64,000 bases of DNA from an uncultured virus (IMG/VR IMGVR_UViG_3300031918_000015) (taxonomy: Duplodnaviria; Heunggongvirae; Uroviricota; Caudoviricetes): positions 1 through 64,000 of IMG/VR virus record IMGVR_UViG_3300031918_000015. One strand, written 5' to 3'. Below are positions 21,528 through 32,400 of this stretch, in pieces. The stretch's first letter is position 1; each line of letters begins with the position of its first letter. The translations under genes were made by a program, and so were the position numbers. A model generated the notes under the pieces. The model had not been told where the DNA came from. It made no database searches and was given only the letters and a program-made list of their open reading frames with translations.

Positions 21528-21872
21528 TTAAACTTGATTTTGTTCTGCTTGAACTTGTTGTATCTTAGCTAATCTTTCATTAATAGTATTTTGATATACA
21601 TTATTAGAAATACTAACTGCATTATTATAATCAATCCCATATCCTATTAATTTCTGAAATCCAGCACCAATAATATCAATATAAGACATACTGTCTTTAT
21701 AGAAATCACTATTTTTAACATCTTCACTTATTTCTGATTTAGGATTATCTTGTATTTGTATTCTTTTTAATTCCTCATCAACTGCAATTAATCCCATTTG
21801 TTCTTCAGAACCTATATATTCTTCTTCCATTTCTTCTACTTGATTTAATTCTTCATTCATATCTATCACCAT
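21528..21872 (-). CDS. Hypothetical protein
   Basis: Operonic ORF. Confidence 0.6.
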   Translation of the reverse strand: MVIDMNEELNQVEEMEEEYIGSEEQMGLIAVDEELKRIQIQDNPKSEISEDVKNSDFYKDSMSYIDIIGAGFQKLIGYGIDYNNAVSISNNVYQNTINERLAKIQQVQAEQNQV

Positions 21873-21877
21873 ATTCC

Positions 21878-22480
21878 TTAAATTATTTTTGTAGCAATAT
21901 CATATTTAATACAATCTTCTGGACTTAAATACCAATCTTTACCATCTGTCTTTTGTTCAAATAATTCTCTTGGTATACTTGTCTTTTTAACAATTAAATC
22001 ATCAATTAATGTTTGTAACCTAACTTGTTCCTCATGTCTTATTTTTAATTGAGTAAAATTCCCATAATTTCCTCCAGACAACTGATGAAATAATAAAGTT
22101 CCATAACTATTTATTAAACGTTCATCTCCGAATACAAAAATAAAAGCTCCACAACTCATACCTTTACCAGTTAATTCAGTTATTATTTTATACTTATATT
22201 CTTGTTGAAATCTTTCTATTTTACTTAATAAAGCCATACAATCATAAATTACCCCACCATATGAATTAATTATTATTCTTATAGGTTGTCTTTCTCCTAA
22301 TTTAATTCCTTCATTATCATCTTTTTGCTTAATTTTGTCCATATAATACATTAATTTAAACATTGATATTTCATCTACATCATCATTCAAATGTAATTTT
22401 CTACGTTTAAGCGCATCTTGAACAATCATTTCATTGTAAATATTATCTATTGGTTGAAACATCTCTCCCATAATAATCAC
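21878..22480 (-). CDS. ClpP-like serine protease
   Basis: IIINSYGG, GKGMSCGA (catalytic Ser), LLFHQ (His), DWYLSPEDCIKY. Confidence 0.85.
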   Translation of the reverse strand: MIIMGEMFQPIDNIYNEMIVQDALKRRKLHLNDDVDEISMFKLMYYMDKIKQKDDNEGIKLGERQPIRIIINSYGGVIYDCMALLSKIERFQQEYKYKIITELTGKGMSCGAFIFVFGDERLINSYGTLLFHQLSGGNYGNFTQLKIRHEEQVRLQTLIDDLIVKKTSIPRELFEQKTDGKDWYLSPEDCIKYDIATKII

Positions 22481-22498
22481 CTTTTAATCCTTTATATT

Positions 22499-24106
22499 TT
22501 ATTTAAATATTATATCTCTTATAAACTCTCTTTCACCTTCTGAATAAACATATAGTCTTTGTCCAGCTTTTGACGTATGTCTTCCATCTTTAGCATATGT
22601 ATCAGTACCAGCAAAACTTCTACCCATAAACAATTCTCTACAATGAATTTCATCTGATTTATTATGATGTAAATGTGCTGTGTGAACTTCAACTGCATCA
22701 CCAAACATTAGTATTAAATCTTGAACTATTTTTCCAAATTTATCATTATGTCCGTGTGTAGAAAGGATTCTGCATCCATTTATTTCTGTTGAAATAACTC
22801 CTTCATCTAAATAGTTTTTCTCTATTAATATTTTATCTGCATATTCACTACTTGCTAATGATAATTCAATTCCCCATGTGATAAAAGTTTCAAAATTATG
22901 CATATCATTTGGAGTTTTTTCTTTAATTGATATGCGTCCATGATTACCATTAACAGCACTATAATGAACCTTACTGAATAAACCACAATCAGCAAATGAT
23001 ATCAACATATTTAATATTATTTCTGTTGCAACTTTAACTTGTTCTTCTACTGGTATTTCACTTTCTGCTATAAGACTATCGTGGATTATGCCTGTAATAT
23101 TATCACCAAGATTGTTTACATATAATTCAGTAATGCCTAGTTCAGAAGATGTTTTAATAATCTCTTTTGTTAATTCTGTTCCCCTTAAATATGCAGTTTC
23201 TACATCATATTTATTGAATAAATTGTTTGATTTAATTCCCACATGCATATCTTCTAAATCCAATAATCCACATCTTGTTTTAATGCTAGGTCTTAATTCA
23301 ACATTATATTTAACAGGATTAATTTCTATTTCGCTTAATTTATCAAATATCTTATCATAAAGATAGTCTTTATTTCTATAAGACTTTAATTCTTGTTTCA
23401 TTTTATTTATTTCTTCTTCTTGAAGTTTTAAGAAATATTTTTCTTTTCTTCTTTCAATAGTTTCTTCAACTAATGAGTCTATATTATCTTCACATTCTAA
23501 TTCTTCATCTAAATAAGGAACATCATCATGAACTATATTGAAAGCATACTTGATTAACATAAAATCTCTTCTTGGAATATCCAGTTTTCTACACAATTGA
23601 GAAACTCCTATTCCATTTTCATCACAATATATTTTCTTAATTTCTTTTACTTTTTCTTTAGATACTTTTATCTCTCTCTTATTAGATGATATTGTATAGT
23701 ATTCACCATTCTCAATAACTCTTAATCTTTTTTCTTCTTTAGCATCTAATTTATCAAGTTCCTTCTCATATTTTTCTTTTTCTTTCTTTATTTTATCTAA
23801 CTCTTTTTCTTGTTCTTTAATTTGTTTATTGCTTTCAACTTCTAATGACTTCTTTTTTATTTCCAATCCTTTTAAACATTCATTATTATCTTTATTTAAT
23901 ACTCTTTCAAGAATTAATTCATAGGTTTCATTGTAAATTTTAGCAATTCCTCTTAATGTACTTTCGGCATAACTCGTTCCTAGCTCTTCATTTATAGCAT
24001 TCTTACACATAGTATTAGTTAATTCGTATTCACACTTATTTCTGTAAATACGACCTATATACTCATTGTCATACTCTTCAATTTTCTTCTTCAATATTTC
24101 ATTCAT
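22499..24106 (-). CDS. Calcineurin-like metallophosphoesterase with N-terminal coiled coil/HTH
   Basis: DMHVG, LGD, GNHGR, HGH and HLHH motifs. Confidence 0.85.
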   Translation of the reverse strand: MNEILKKKIEEYDNEYIGRIYRNKCEYELTNTMCKNAINEELGTSYAESTLRGIAKIYNETYELILERVLNKDNNECLKGLEIKKKSLEVESNKQIKEQEKELDKIKKEKEKYEKELDKLDAKEEKRLRVIENGEYYTISSNKREIKVSKEKVKEIKKIYCDENGIGVSQLCRKLDIPRRDFMLIKYAFNIVHDDVPYLDEELECEDNIDSLVEETIERRKEKYFLKLQEEEINKMKQELKSYRNKDYLYDKIFDKLSEIEINPVKYNVELRPSIKTRCGLLDLEDMHVGIKSNNLFNKYDVETAYLRGTELTKEIIKTSSELGITELYVNNLGDNITGIIHDSLIAESEIPVEEQVKVATEIILNMLISFADCGLFSKVHYSAVNGNHGRISIKEKTPNDMHNFETFITWGIELSLASSEYADKILIEKNYLDEGVISTEINGCRILSTHGHNDKFGKIVQDLILMFGDAVEVHTAHLHHNKSDEIHCRELFMGRSFAGTDTYAKDGRHTSKAGQRLYVYSEGEREFIRDIIFK

Positions 24107-24133
24107 AATAATTTCTCCCCTTATTATTATTTG

Positions 24134-24346
24134 TTACTTTAGTTTTACTTCATGTTGTAATCCGCATGAGCCACAATAAACATATATTTTAGATTTAGTA
24201 GTATCTACATAATCCATATCATCATTACTGATGCATAAATCAATATCTATAATATCTTTACAACCACTACATTTAATATCTCTGTACTTTTTGTGTTTTT
24301 TCTTCTTATCTTTATTACTACCTTGTTGATATTCTTTTTCTCCCAT
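24134..24346 (-). CDS. Small Zn-ribbon protein
   Basis: CSGC...CGSC motifs. Confidence 0.6.
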   Translation of the reverse strand: MGEKEYQQGSNKDKKKKHKKYRDIKCSGCKDIIDIDLCISNDDMDYVDTTKSKIYVYCGSCGLQHEVKLK

Positions 24347-24438
24347 TTTATATCTTCCTTTTCGTTTTTATTTATCAAAATCGGATTTACTTCAATGTCA
24401 ATCCGATTTATAATTTACATATATGTATTATTAATTTA

Positions 24439-25302
24439 TTAGAATTTCAAGTCTGAATATTTAGCCTTACAAGTATCTTCTATAATTGGTTTTCTAGTTT
24501 TAAAATCTAAATTAGCCATCAATAAACTACTATTAACTAATTGTAGTTCTGATAAAGCTTTATTAACTGAACCTTGTAAGTGATTTCTTGTAGTAATATC
24601 TTTATATCCAATATAGTCTCTTAATTCCATAGCCGATTTTCCAGTTAAAGCTATATTCAATAAGTTAGCTTCTCGTTTTGTTAATGAGTCATCTGAATTA
24701 TCAAATCCATTTAATTCACACCATTTATTAATATACACTTTCATGTCAGTATACCCTTTAGCCTCGGGTTCTCTAATTTCTAGCCATTCAATTTTATCTT
24801 TTATTGCTTGTTCTATTTTAATAAAATATTTTCTACATAACAAACCCATTTCATTGTTTTCAATCATACATAATTGTTTTGACATTTCTAAATTTAAAGA
24901 ATATTCTTCTGTTATTCCATAGTATGAACGTTGTTGAGAATTAAGTTCTAATATTTGTTCCTGTGATAACAGTGCGTTCCCAAATTTTTGAACGTAGGCT
25001 ATTACTGGATTTGATGGTATTTTATAATGTTTAATATAATCTTCATTTTCAACAAAGGTATATTTTTCTATTCTTCCTTTTATCCAATCACTAAATTTAG
25101 TTGATTTTATTTTATTTCCGTTTTTTCCTGTTTTTACATTCTCAACTAGATTACTATGTAATTTTCTACCATCAATACAAAATCCATCATCAGTATTTGT
25201 TAATACTGCTGGAAATTTTCTTTGTGCATCCATAACTAACTTAGAGTTTTTTTCTGTCATACCTAATTGTTCTTTTAATTCTTGCTTTGTAAATTTCTTC
25301 AT
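24439..25302 (-). CDS. AntA/AntB antirepressor family protein
   Basis: IDGRKLH...FSDWIKGRIEKYTFVENEDY...EYSLNLEMSKQLCMIE...RKYFIKIE. Confidence 0.85.
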   Translation of the reverse strand: MKKFTKQELKEQLGMTEKNSKLVMDAQRKFPAVLTNTDDGFCIDGRKLHSNLVENVKTGKNGNKIKSTKFSDWIKGRIEKYTFVENEDYIKHYKIPSNPVIAYVQKFGNALLSQEQILELNSQQRSYYGITEEYSLNLEMSKQLCMIENNEMGLLCRKYFIKIEQAIKDKIEWLEIREPEAKGYTDMKVYINKWCELNGFDNSDDSLTKREANLLNIALTGKSAMELRDYIGYKDITTRNHLQGSVNKALSELQLVNSSLLMANLDFKTRKPIIEDTCKAKYSDLKF

Positions 25303-25627
25303 TTTATTACCTCACTTTTTAATTTATTATTAAATGAGGTATTTTGTTGATAAATGTGAAAATATCCTAAAATCACATCTTAGCTGTATTGCTAATAATA
25401 AATATTCAATTAAATGAGGAAGTCTAATTGTAAAGCACTAACTATCCTAAGAGTGCTACTGGAAATAATTCTAGTTATTTATATTTAGTTTTTACCAAGT
25501 ATCATCACTTGGAACATAGTGTAATAAAACACCAATAAAATCACACATTTTTATAAAAACTGTAGGAGGTTGTTATATTTATATATGTGATTTTATTGCT
25601 ACTTTATTTTATTAATTTATTTTTAAA

Positions 25628-26412
25628 ATCCCTATCCGTATGGTTATGTCCACTAATTCTATAGGGTAATACTCTTGTACTTCGAGTATCATATAATCGG
25701 AAGCTTTTCCAGTTAACGAATAGCTATCGCATTTCCTTAATCCTGTCTTAGAAATTTTCTGATAGTAGGTTTTTAATATAGACTATTACATATATCTACG
25801 GAAGAATTACCTATGTCAACTCCCTAATCACTGGCGTAAAGCCTATCTTCAACATCTAATTAATCTAGAGTGACTAATTAGTCTCGATGGTACAACTAAA
25901 ACGTCTCCATCTATTCAATCCAATCAACCATTTATTAAACGCATATTGACCAGCGTTTTGTATCATATGTTTTCTTTCAGATTATCAATCCTATTCAAGT
26001 TTTGGTAAACATAAAACCATTATAAAGCAAAGTTAAATACCTAATCTTGAAACGACATTTACTTTATTGCTTAATAGATACACTTGTTATCTATTCCGTT
26101 TTTGGCATGCTACGATAACATCTAAATAAAAATAGATTTAACGTCCCTATCGGACTAATGGTAAGCGTTCACTATTATTTTTTATACAGGGGTGTGACCG
26201 AATTAATCATTATAATTTCCTCAGCTAGTGAGCCTGTTTTCTAACCTTGCCTTGAATATTATTTTAACGTCCCCTCAAGGAGTACCGAGTAACTGAAAAT
26301 TACTCTGGGGAATGAGTGTTAGTCCTCATATATTATTTAAACCCATAGATAAATATAAAATATTACAAGGTTATAGATATTTCTCACGACTTCTCTGTAA
26401 CATCTATAAGGT
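25628..26412 (-). ncRNA. Large ornate structured ncRNA, ROOL/GOLLD class candidate
   Basis: ORF-free, GC-elevated tract with many stems: 25630-35/25661-66, 25668-90, 26073-95, 26250-80, 26287-305, 26371-82/26399-409. Sits in the late operon. Boundaries approximate; family assignment from memory of motif character, not a search. Confidence 0.7.
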
Positions 26413-26474
26413 TCTCGTTAATATCAATTAGTTGTTTTAATTTATTTTATAGTCAAATCTTTCTCAAGTATCTG

Positions 26475-26600
26475 CTATTCGACTTCATCAAATTCTTTAC
26501 ATTTATCAATTGTAATTTCTACACCACTTCTTTCAAGTTTTAATATGTACTCTTTATACATTATACAAACTCTTTCATGTTGACAGTTATCACATTTCAT
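26475..26600 (-). CDS. 41-aa Cys-rich peptide
   Basis: Not in track. MKCDNCQHERVCIMYKEYILKLERSGVEITIDKCKEFDEVE*, starting 1 nt after the upstream stop. Confidence 0.55.
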   Translation of the reverse strand: MKCDNCQHERVCIMYKEYILKLERSGVEITIDKCKEFDEVE

Positions 26601-26601
26601 A

Positions 26602-26937
26602 TTATTTGCCTTCTTCCATGCAGAATGTATTCTCACACTCATTGCATGTTATATCAAGTCCTTCAAACTTAGATTTAATTTCTTTTCCACAACCACATAC
26701 ATATTTAAATATAGGTTGTTTTTCTTTTTCTTTAGGCTCTTTAAATTTCTTAATATTAATTGAGATTGTATCTTCTTCCTCTAATGTAGCTAATAATTCT
26801 TTTACCTCAGCAGTTACATTAATTTCTGTTTCTACTAATTCATTTTCCTCATTCTCAACTTTTATAGTTCCCTTTAATTCACCATCTTTATATTCTACTT
26901 TAATGCCTTTATAATCTACTTTTAATGCTTTAGCCAT
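26602..26937 (-). CDS. Small protein with C-terminal Zn ribbon
   Basis: YVCGCG...CNEC; AAGGAG RBS. Confidence 0.65.
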   Translation of the reverse strand: MAKALKVDYKGIKVEYKDGELKGTIKVENEENELVETEINVTAEVKELLATLEEEDTISINIKKFKEPKEKEKQPIFKYVCGCGKEIKSKFEGLDITCNECENTFCMEEGK

Positions 26938-26969
26938 TATTTCTATCTCCTTTTATTTTATTAATTTAT

Positions 26970-28451
26970 TTACAAAGTTATTTGCATATCCTTATATGAT
27001 GAAATAACTTTTGTTGTCCTGTTCATTTTGCTCAATTCTATTTCAGATAATTTCTTTAATTCTTCTTTTGCGTCACTACTTCCATGTTGCAATACTACTT
27101 TTTGACAATCACACTGCTTAATATAGTTTACAATATCTTTTTGTGATGCGTGGCTACTGAATGAATAGTATCTTTTCACAATACATCTCTTTTTTAATGT
27201 TCTACCATCAACAATAACTGTATCTGTACTATTATCTAATAATTGACCACCTATTGTATTAGGAGAACAATATCCACAAAATAATATTCCATTATGAGAA
27301 TCTTGTAACATTTGATTAACAAATAGATTACTAAAACCTCCTGATATCATCCCACTTGAACTTAGTACTAGGTAACTTTTTGGTTTAGAATTAACAAAAG
27401 CTTCACAACTCTTATTATCATTTATAAATTTAAAAGCTTTCCAAGTCATAACTTCATCCCAATAAGCCAAATCTTCATTATCTAAAACCTCATACATTTT
27501 GTCATTTATTTTTTTACCTAGATTAGTTGCTATTATAATTGGTTTAGACATATCCCATCTATCTTTAAACGTATCATATAGCCAACTCATCATATTACTA
27601 AGTCTAGATAAGGCAAAACATGGTATCATACACGAATGATTATAATTTACAAATCCTAGTATATCTTTTTCTAATTGTTTTCTTTCTTCTATACAAGTTC
27701 TCTTGTTGAAATTTCTATCTCCTAATCCATATGTACTTTCTATAAATAGAATATTTGAATTAGATACTGGAATTGTTGGTTCTGTAAAATATGTATATGA
27801 GTAATTATCTGTATTTCCTAAATCACTTGTAATACAAATCTTTTTTACAATATTTGTTCCAAATTTCTTTATAAAAATTTCTAATTGTGTCGAACCAATA
27901 ATATGTGAGTTATTTGTAAATCTAAAAGACAAATAGTCATCTAAATGATATATATTATCCAATTCATAAACGTCCATCATACTCATTACATTATCTAAAT
28001 CTTTTTCTTCAAATAATTCTTTTACTTTCCCTTTGATTTTCTTTTTAAATTTATCTTTATTTTCTCTTAAATACTCGCAATTTTTCACATGAATTTTAAT
28101 GCAATCTTTTAACATTGGTTTAGATAATATTGAATTAGTCTTTGTAGTTATTATCCTACCTTTAAATCCCATTGAAGATAATGCTGGAAACAATCCAATA
28201 TGATCACAATGTAAATGAAGCATAAAACAATAATCTGACTCTTTAATAGGAATATTATTTAACATTTCCTTATTTAGTATATATTCGTCAGCCATATCGT
28301 TATTTTGTATCATTCCTAATTCGACCAAAACACATTTTCTACCTATATCTGATAAATATGAAATGCTTAAATTACTGCCTACTACTTCTTCGGCTTGATT
28401 TCCATTTAGACTTATTACAATTTCATTTTCTTTATTCTTTTTTCCTCCCAT
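26970..28451 (-). CDS. Metallo-beta-lactamase/beta-CASP ribonuclease (CPSF73/RNase J-like)
   Basis: HLHCDH, SHIIGS, TSDLG, IESTYG, SSSGM, CGYC and SSHAS motifs. Confidence 0.85.
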   Translation of the reverse strand: MGGKKNKENEIVISLNGNQAEEVVGSNLSISYLSDIGRKCVLVELGMIQNNDMADEYILNKEMLNNIPIKESDYCFMLHLHCDHIGLFPALSSMGFKGRIITTKTNSILSKPMLKDCIKIHVKNCEYLRENKDKFKKKIKGKVKELFEEKDLDNVMSMMDVYELDNIYHLDDYLSFRFTNNSHIIGSTQLEIFIKKFGTNIVKKICITSDLGNTDNYSYTYFTEPTIPVSNSNILFIESTYGLGDRNFNKRTCIEERKQLEKDILGFVNYNHSCMIPCFALSRLSNMMSWLYDTFKDRWDMSKPIIIATNLGKKINDKMYEVLDNEDLAYWDEVMTWKAFKFINDNKSCEAFVNSKPKSYLVLSSSGMISGGFSNLFVNQMLQDSHNGILFCGYCSPNTIGGQLLDNSTDTVIVDGRTLKKRCIVKRYYSFSSHASQKDIVNYIKQCDCQKVVLQHGSSDAKEELKKLSEIELSKMNRTTKVISSYKDMQITL

Positions 28452-28598
28452 AATTCTCCCTCAAACCCTCCACCGATATATACGGTATATATTTTTGTTT
28501 ATATTAACTAACAACCTATACATTAATATAAGTTCTATGATTAATACAAAATAGAAGGACTGAATTATTTCTAATCTAGTCCTTCTCAAATGTCTTTA

Positions 28599-28910
28599 TT
28601 ATTCTGCTTTACCCAAAGCCTTAGTTGCTTTAATTGTTACTTTATCAAATGCCGGATAATCCTTGGCATCAATATTGATAGCTTCCTTGGTTCTAGGATT
28701 TCTTCCTACTCTAGCATCTGTATGCTTAGCTTCCATATGCTTCTTTTCTACTTCTAAATATGAACCAATTTTAGCTTTATCTCCTACTTCTAATTTTTCT
28801 ACTACTGCTTTAATAATTTTATCAAATTCAGTAAATTTACCTTCTGTTTCCTTTTTGCTTTCTAGTCCTAATGTTTCCTTAATTACTTCAATTACTTGTT
28901 CTTTCTTCAT
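28599..28910 (-). CDS. HU-family DNA-binding protein
   Basis: ARVGRNPRTKEAINI arm motif. Confidence 0.9.
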   Translation of the reverse strand: MKKEQVIEVIKETLGLESKKETEGKFTEFDKIIKAVVEKLEVGDKAKIGSYLEVEKKHMEAKHTDARVGRNPRTKEAINIDAKDYPAFDKVTIKATKALGKAE

Positions 28911-29340
28911 TTTAAAATCTCCTCTTTCTTCTCTCTAATTTTTTTTATTTATAACCCTTAATAGGGATATTTACTAATTGTTAAAACTGTAAGTTTATTA
29001 GTTTTTATACTTCTATTAATTTATTTTCAATTACATTTCTTTTACTCTTTCTCTCTAATGAACGCCAGTTATCTGTTATATAACCGAACGTCCATTTAGG
29101 AGAGAGAAAAGTTAAATAAATAAAGGGGTAAAATGAAATGTTTATGAAAAATTAAAAAATATATAGTGTTTCGCCTATGTTTCAAGGCGTTGGTATAATA
29201 AAGCTAATTAAAGCTATAATATCTTTTTGTTTTTATAAGTGTTGGGAGAATACACTTATACGGTCTTAGATTTTTCAACTATTAAAATGTTTTTCTTTCT
29301 CCCTATAATCCCGAAGTTTCGTATTATATGTATATCTGTT

Positions 29341-29367
29341 AACCCTAGTAATACCAACGTCTGACAT
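29341..29367. repeat. 27-bp site, inverted copy of 48876-48902
   Basis: AACCCTAGTAATACCAACGTCTGACAT versus reverse complement AACCCCAGTAATACCAACGTCTGACAT (26/27 identical). Confidence 0.9.
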
Positions 29368-29421
29368 CATTTATTCTTCTATTAATTTATTTAAAGTGTG
29401 GAAATTTGTGATATTTTTTGA

Positions 29422-32400
29422 TTAAATATCCCTAGTTGTTTTCTTTTTCCCAAAGCACATTCCATATAACTCTATATCTTCTCCATCACATAGTATTTCT
29501 ATTTCTTCTTGTTGAATCCTAAACATTTCAAGGAACATTTCTCTATGACTAGAATATAGCACACTTAATGCAACTCTTCCTATGTTACTATATTTTCCTT
29601 CCTTAATTTGTTTTAAAATTGATATCAAAGTTACAAACTTTATTTTAAAAGTAGATAGTTTATTTATTAATTCGACTCTATACTGGATAGTTTTAAAATA
29701 TTTATCTTCACCTGTTAAATTGGTATTACACCATAATGCTCTAGTTTTTTTATCGCTATCTATTATTAAACCCATGATTCTATCTATCTGCTTTCTGTCT
29801 GCATCACTTATATGCTTTAATATTTCTTTATATTTATTAGTTAATAAATCTAGTATATTAGTAATATTATCTTTATTGTCAACTCGTCTATCAATTTTTC
29901 TATATGTAAATTTATCTATTTCCGTTTCCAAATAATCCATTGTTGTTTCGTAATGATGATATTTTTCCTTCTCCATAGAAGAAATTGCTTTATCTATTAT
30001 CTCTTTAATTACTTTATTGTTTTCTTTCTTCTTGATAATAATATCATCCGTATCACTAATTTTATCTATTTTTTCATATGGAGTGTTTTTTAATATCTTT
30101 TCTTTTATCTTGTTTTTTTTATCTTGATATGTTTTTTTTGCTGTATATTTAAAGAAATTAGGTAATTTAATATTATTATATTTTTCTTTTATTTTATTTA
30201 ATTCAGATTCATTATCTATATCAAATTCTTTTTTTGCTTTATCTATTTCTATACAAGACATTATATTTAACGTTGATATATCAATGAATACATCATCTAT
30301 CTGTTCTTGTAATTTTTGTTTTATACTTTTATCCTTTGTTTTTTTTATTTTAAATCTAATGTCATTTAAATGACTTTCTAATATTTGTGCTTGATTTATT
30401 ATTTGTCCTATAAAATTCTTGCTAGTTTTCACATCTAAATCACATTTATCTTCATTAGTATAATATCTAGGAGTCTTCTTTCCAATCACACAATTTACTG
30501 ATACAGGATAATCTTTGGAATGTCTTTCTGCAATTTCAATAAGTTTTTCATTATCACTAAGAAGCATTTGGTCACTATCATAATCTGCTGATGATAATTT
30601 TTCTAAGTTATTCTCTTCTATTGCATTTATATGTACTATTTGTTTACTACTATTAAAATATTTATCTATTTCATTATATATAGTGTTTTTAGAAACGAAT
30701 ATACAACTAGGAGAAGGGTGAGGACTCCTTGATCCTATAAGTTTCACTTCTTCAAAGTTATTGCAGTATATTGTTCCTTTTTTGATAATTGAACCATCTT
30801 TAATGTTCCATTTTCCACAAGAACCTTTTAACATTTCTATTCCATTTCCACATAATACACTATAATTACCATGAATTAAAATATGTCCTAGTCTAGCATT
30901 ATCTTTATATGCCCTTATAACATCTTTCTGAAAATTAATAAATTCAGTAGTAAATTTAATTTTATCATTTAATGTTAATAGAGTATACATCATATCTTTT
31001 GTATGATTATCTTTATTTATATTTAAATGATCTTCATTATAAAATCCTTCTATTTCTCTATTCATAATCTCTTCATCTGACAATTTGCATTCTTCATTTT
31101 GTTCTATTTGCATTTTTAAATGTTTTCTTAATACAGCCATATCATTTTTTAATAAACTAACATATTCTTTTGTTTCTTTTAATATTTCCGAGATATCTTT
31201 TTTATTGCAATTAAGAGAGTTTAACAACTGATAATGTGTTTGAACTAGTTCTCCATCAAAATAATGTGTTGGTTTATCATACTTAACTATCCCCCATTTT
31301 TCATCCATATTATTTAAATAATTTTCAATTAAACCGAATTTATAATATTTTAGACTAGACGGAGTTGTTATTAATAATATATCTTCAACTTTTTTAGCTT
31401 TTGTATAAAGATAATATTCACTATTTTTTATATCTTCCATTGTTATATTGTAATCTTTATAATTTTTTTGGATTTCTGTGTTAAAGGCACAAGTTTTTAT
31501 CATTTGATTTCTTAACAATAACATTCCCTTATTCTTATATTTATCACCAAACAAACTACTATCTGCCAAGCTTTCTCCATCCCAAATTTTATTAATTACA
31601 TCAGTATATTTTTTTGTTGTGCATAATACTGCTTTTCCATCCTTATCTATTACTTGTTCAGTAACCATACATTCTTCTCTTATTTTTGATTCTTCATCTT
31701 TAAGTATTAATATATTTTCTGGTTTTATATTAATAGTATCTATCATAGAACTTAATGTTAAACTTATATATGCTTCATAACTAGCTAAATCAATTTCATC
31801 TCCATCTTTTATACATAAGTCCATCATAGTCCAATCCATCATAGGTTTATATAAATCTTCTCTAATAAATAAACATTTTCCAACTCTACTAGAACCACTA
31901 GAACGTTTATATCTAACCATATGAGATTTTTTACCTTGACTATCTATAATATCAAATCCATTTTTGTATAATTCTTTTCTGATTTGTTCTGTATTTTGTA
32001 TATCATTTTTTTTCTGCTCTTTTAGTTTTTTTACCTTATCTCTCTTTTCTTCAATAATATTTTGTTGTCTTTTATATAATTCAATATATAATTGTTGCTC
32101 CTGTGTAAGATTAGTTTTATATTCTCCTTTATGTTTACATTGTCTTAATGATACTCCTTGTTTTCTAAGTTCTACTAACTTTAATTCTATTTCTTTATTC
32201 GTTTTACTTAATCCTAGTAATTGTTCATTAAATCCATTTATTTCTTCTGATTCTTTTATTGCACATTTAAATTTTACGCTTATTATAGCGTCTGAATATT
32301 GTTTACCATCAATCATATAAAAAGGCTTGGACATATCTTTGTTAATTTTTATTTCATTCATTTTTACTGAATCAAAACACCAATCCATAGTTGCATTCCA

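Noticed and set aside
25628..26412. Group I/II intron or tRNA cluster
   Set aside because: It does not interrupt an ORF, and no cloverleaf, T-loop or intron terminal motifs were recognised by eye
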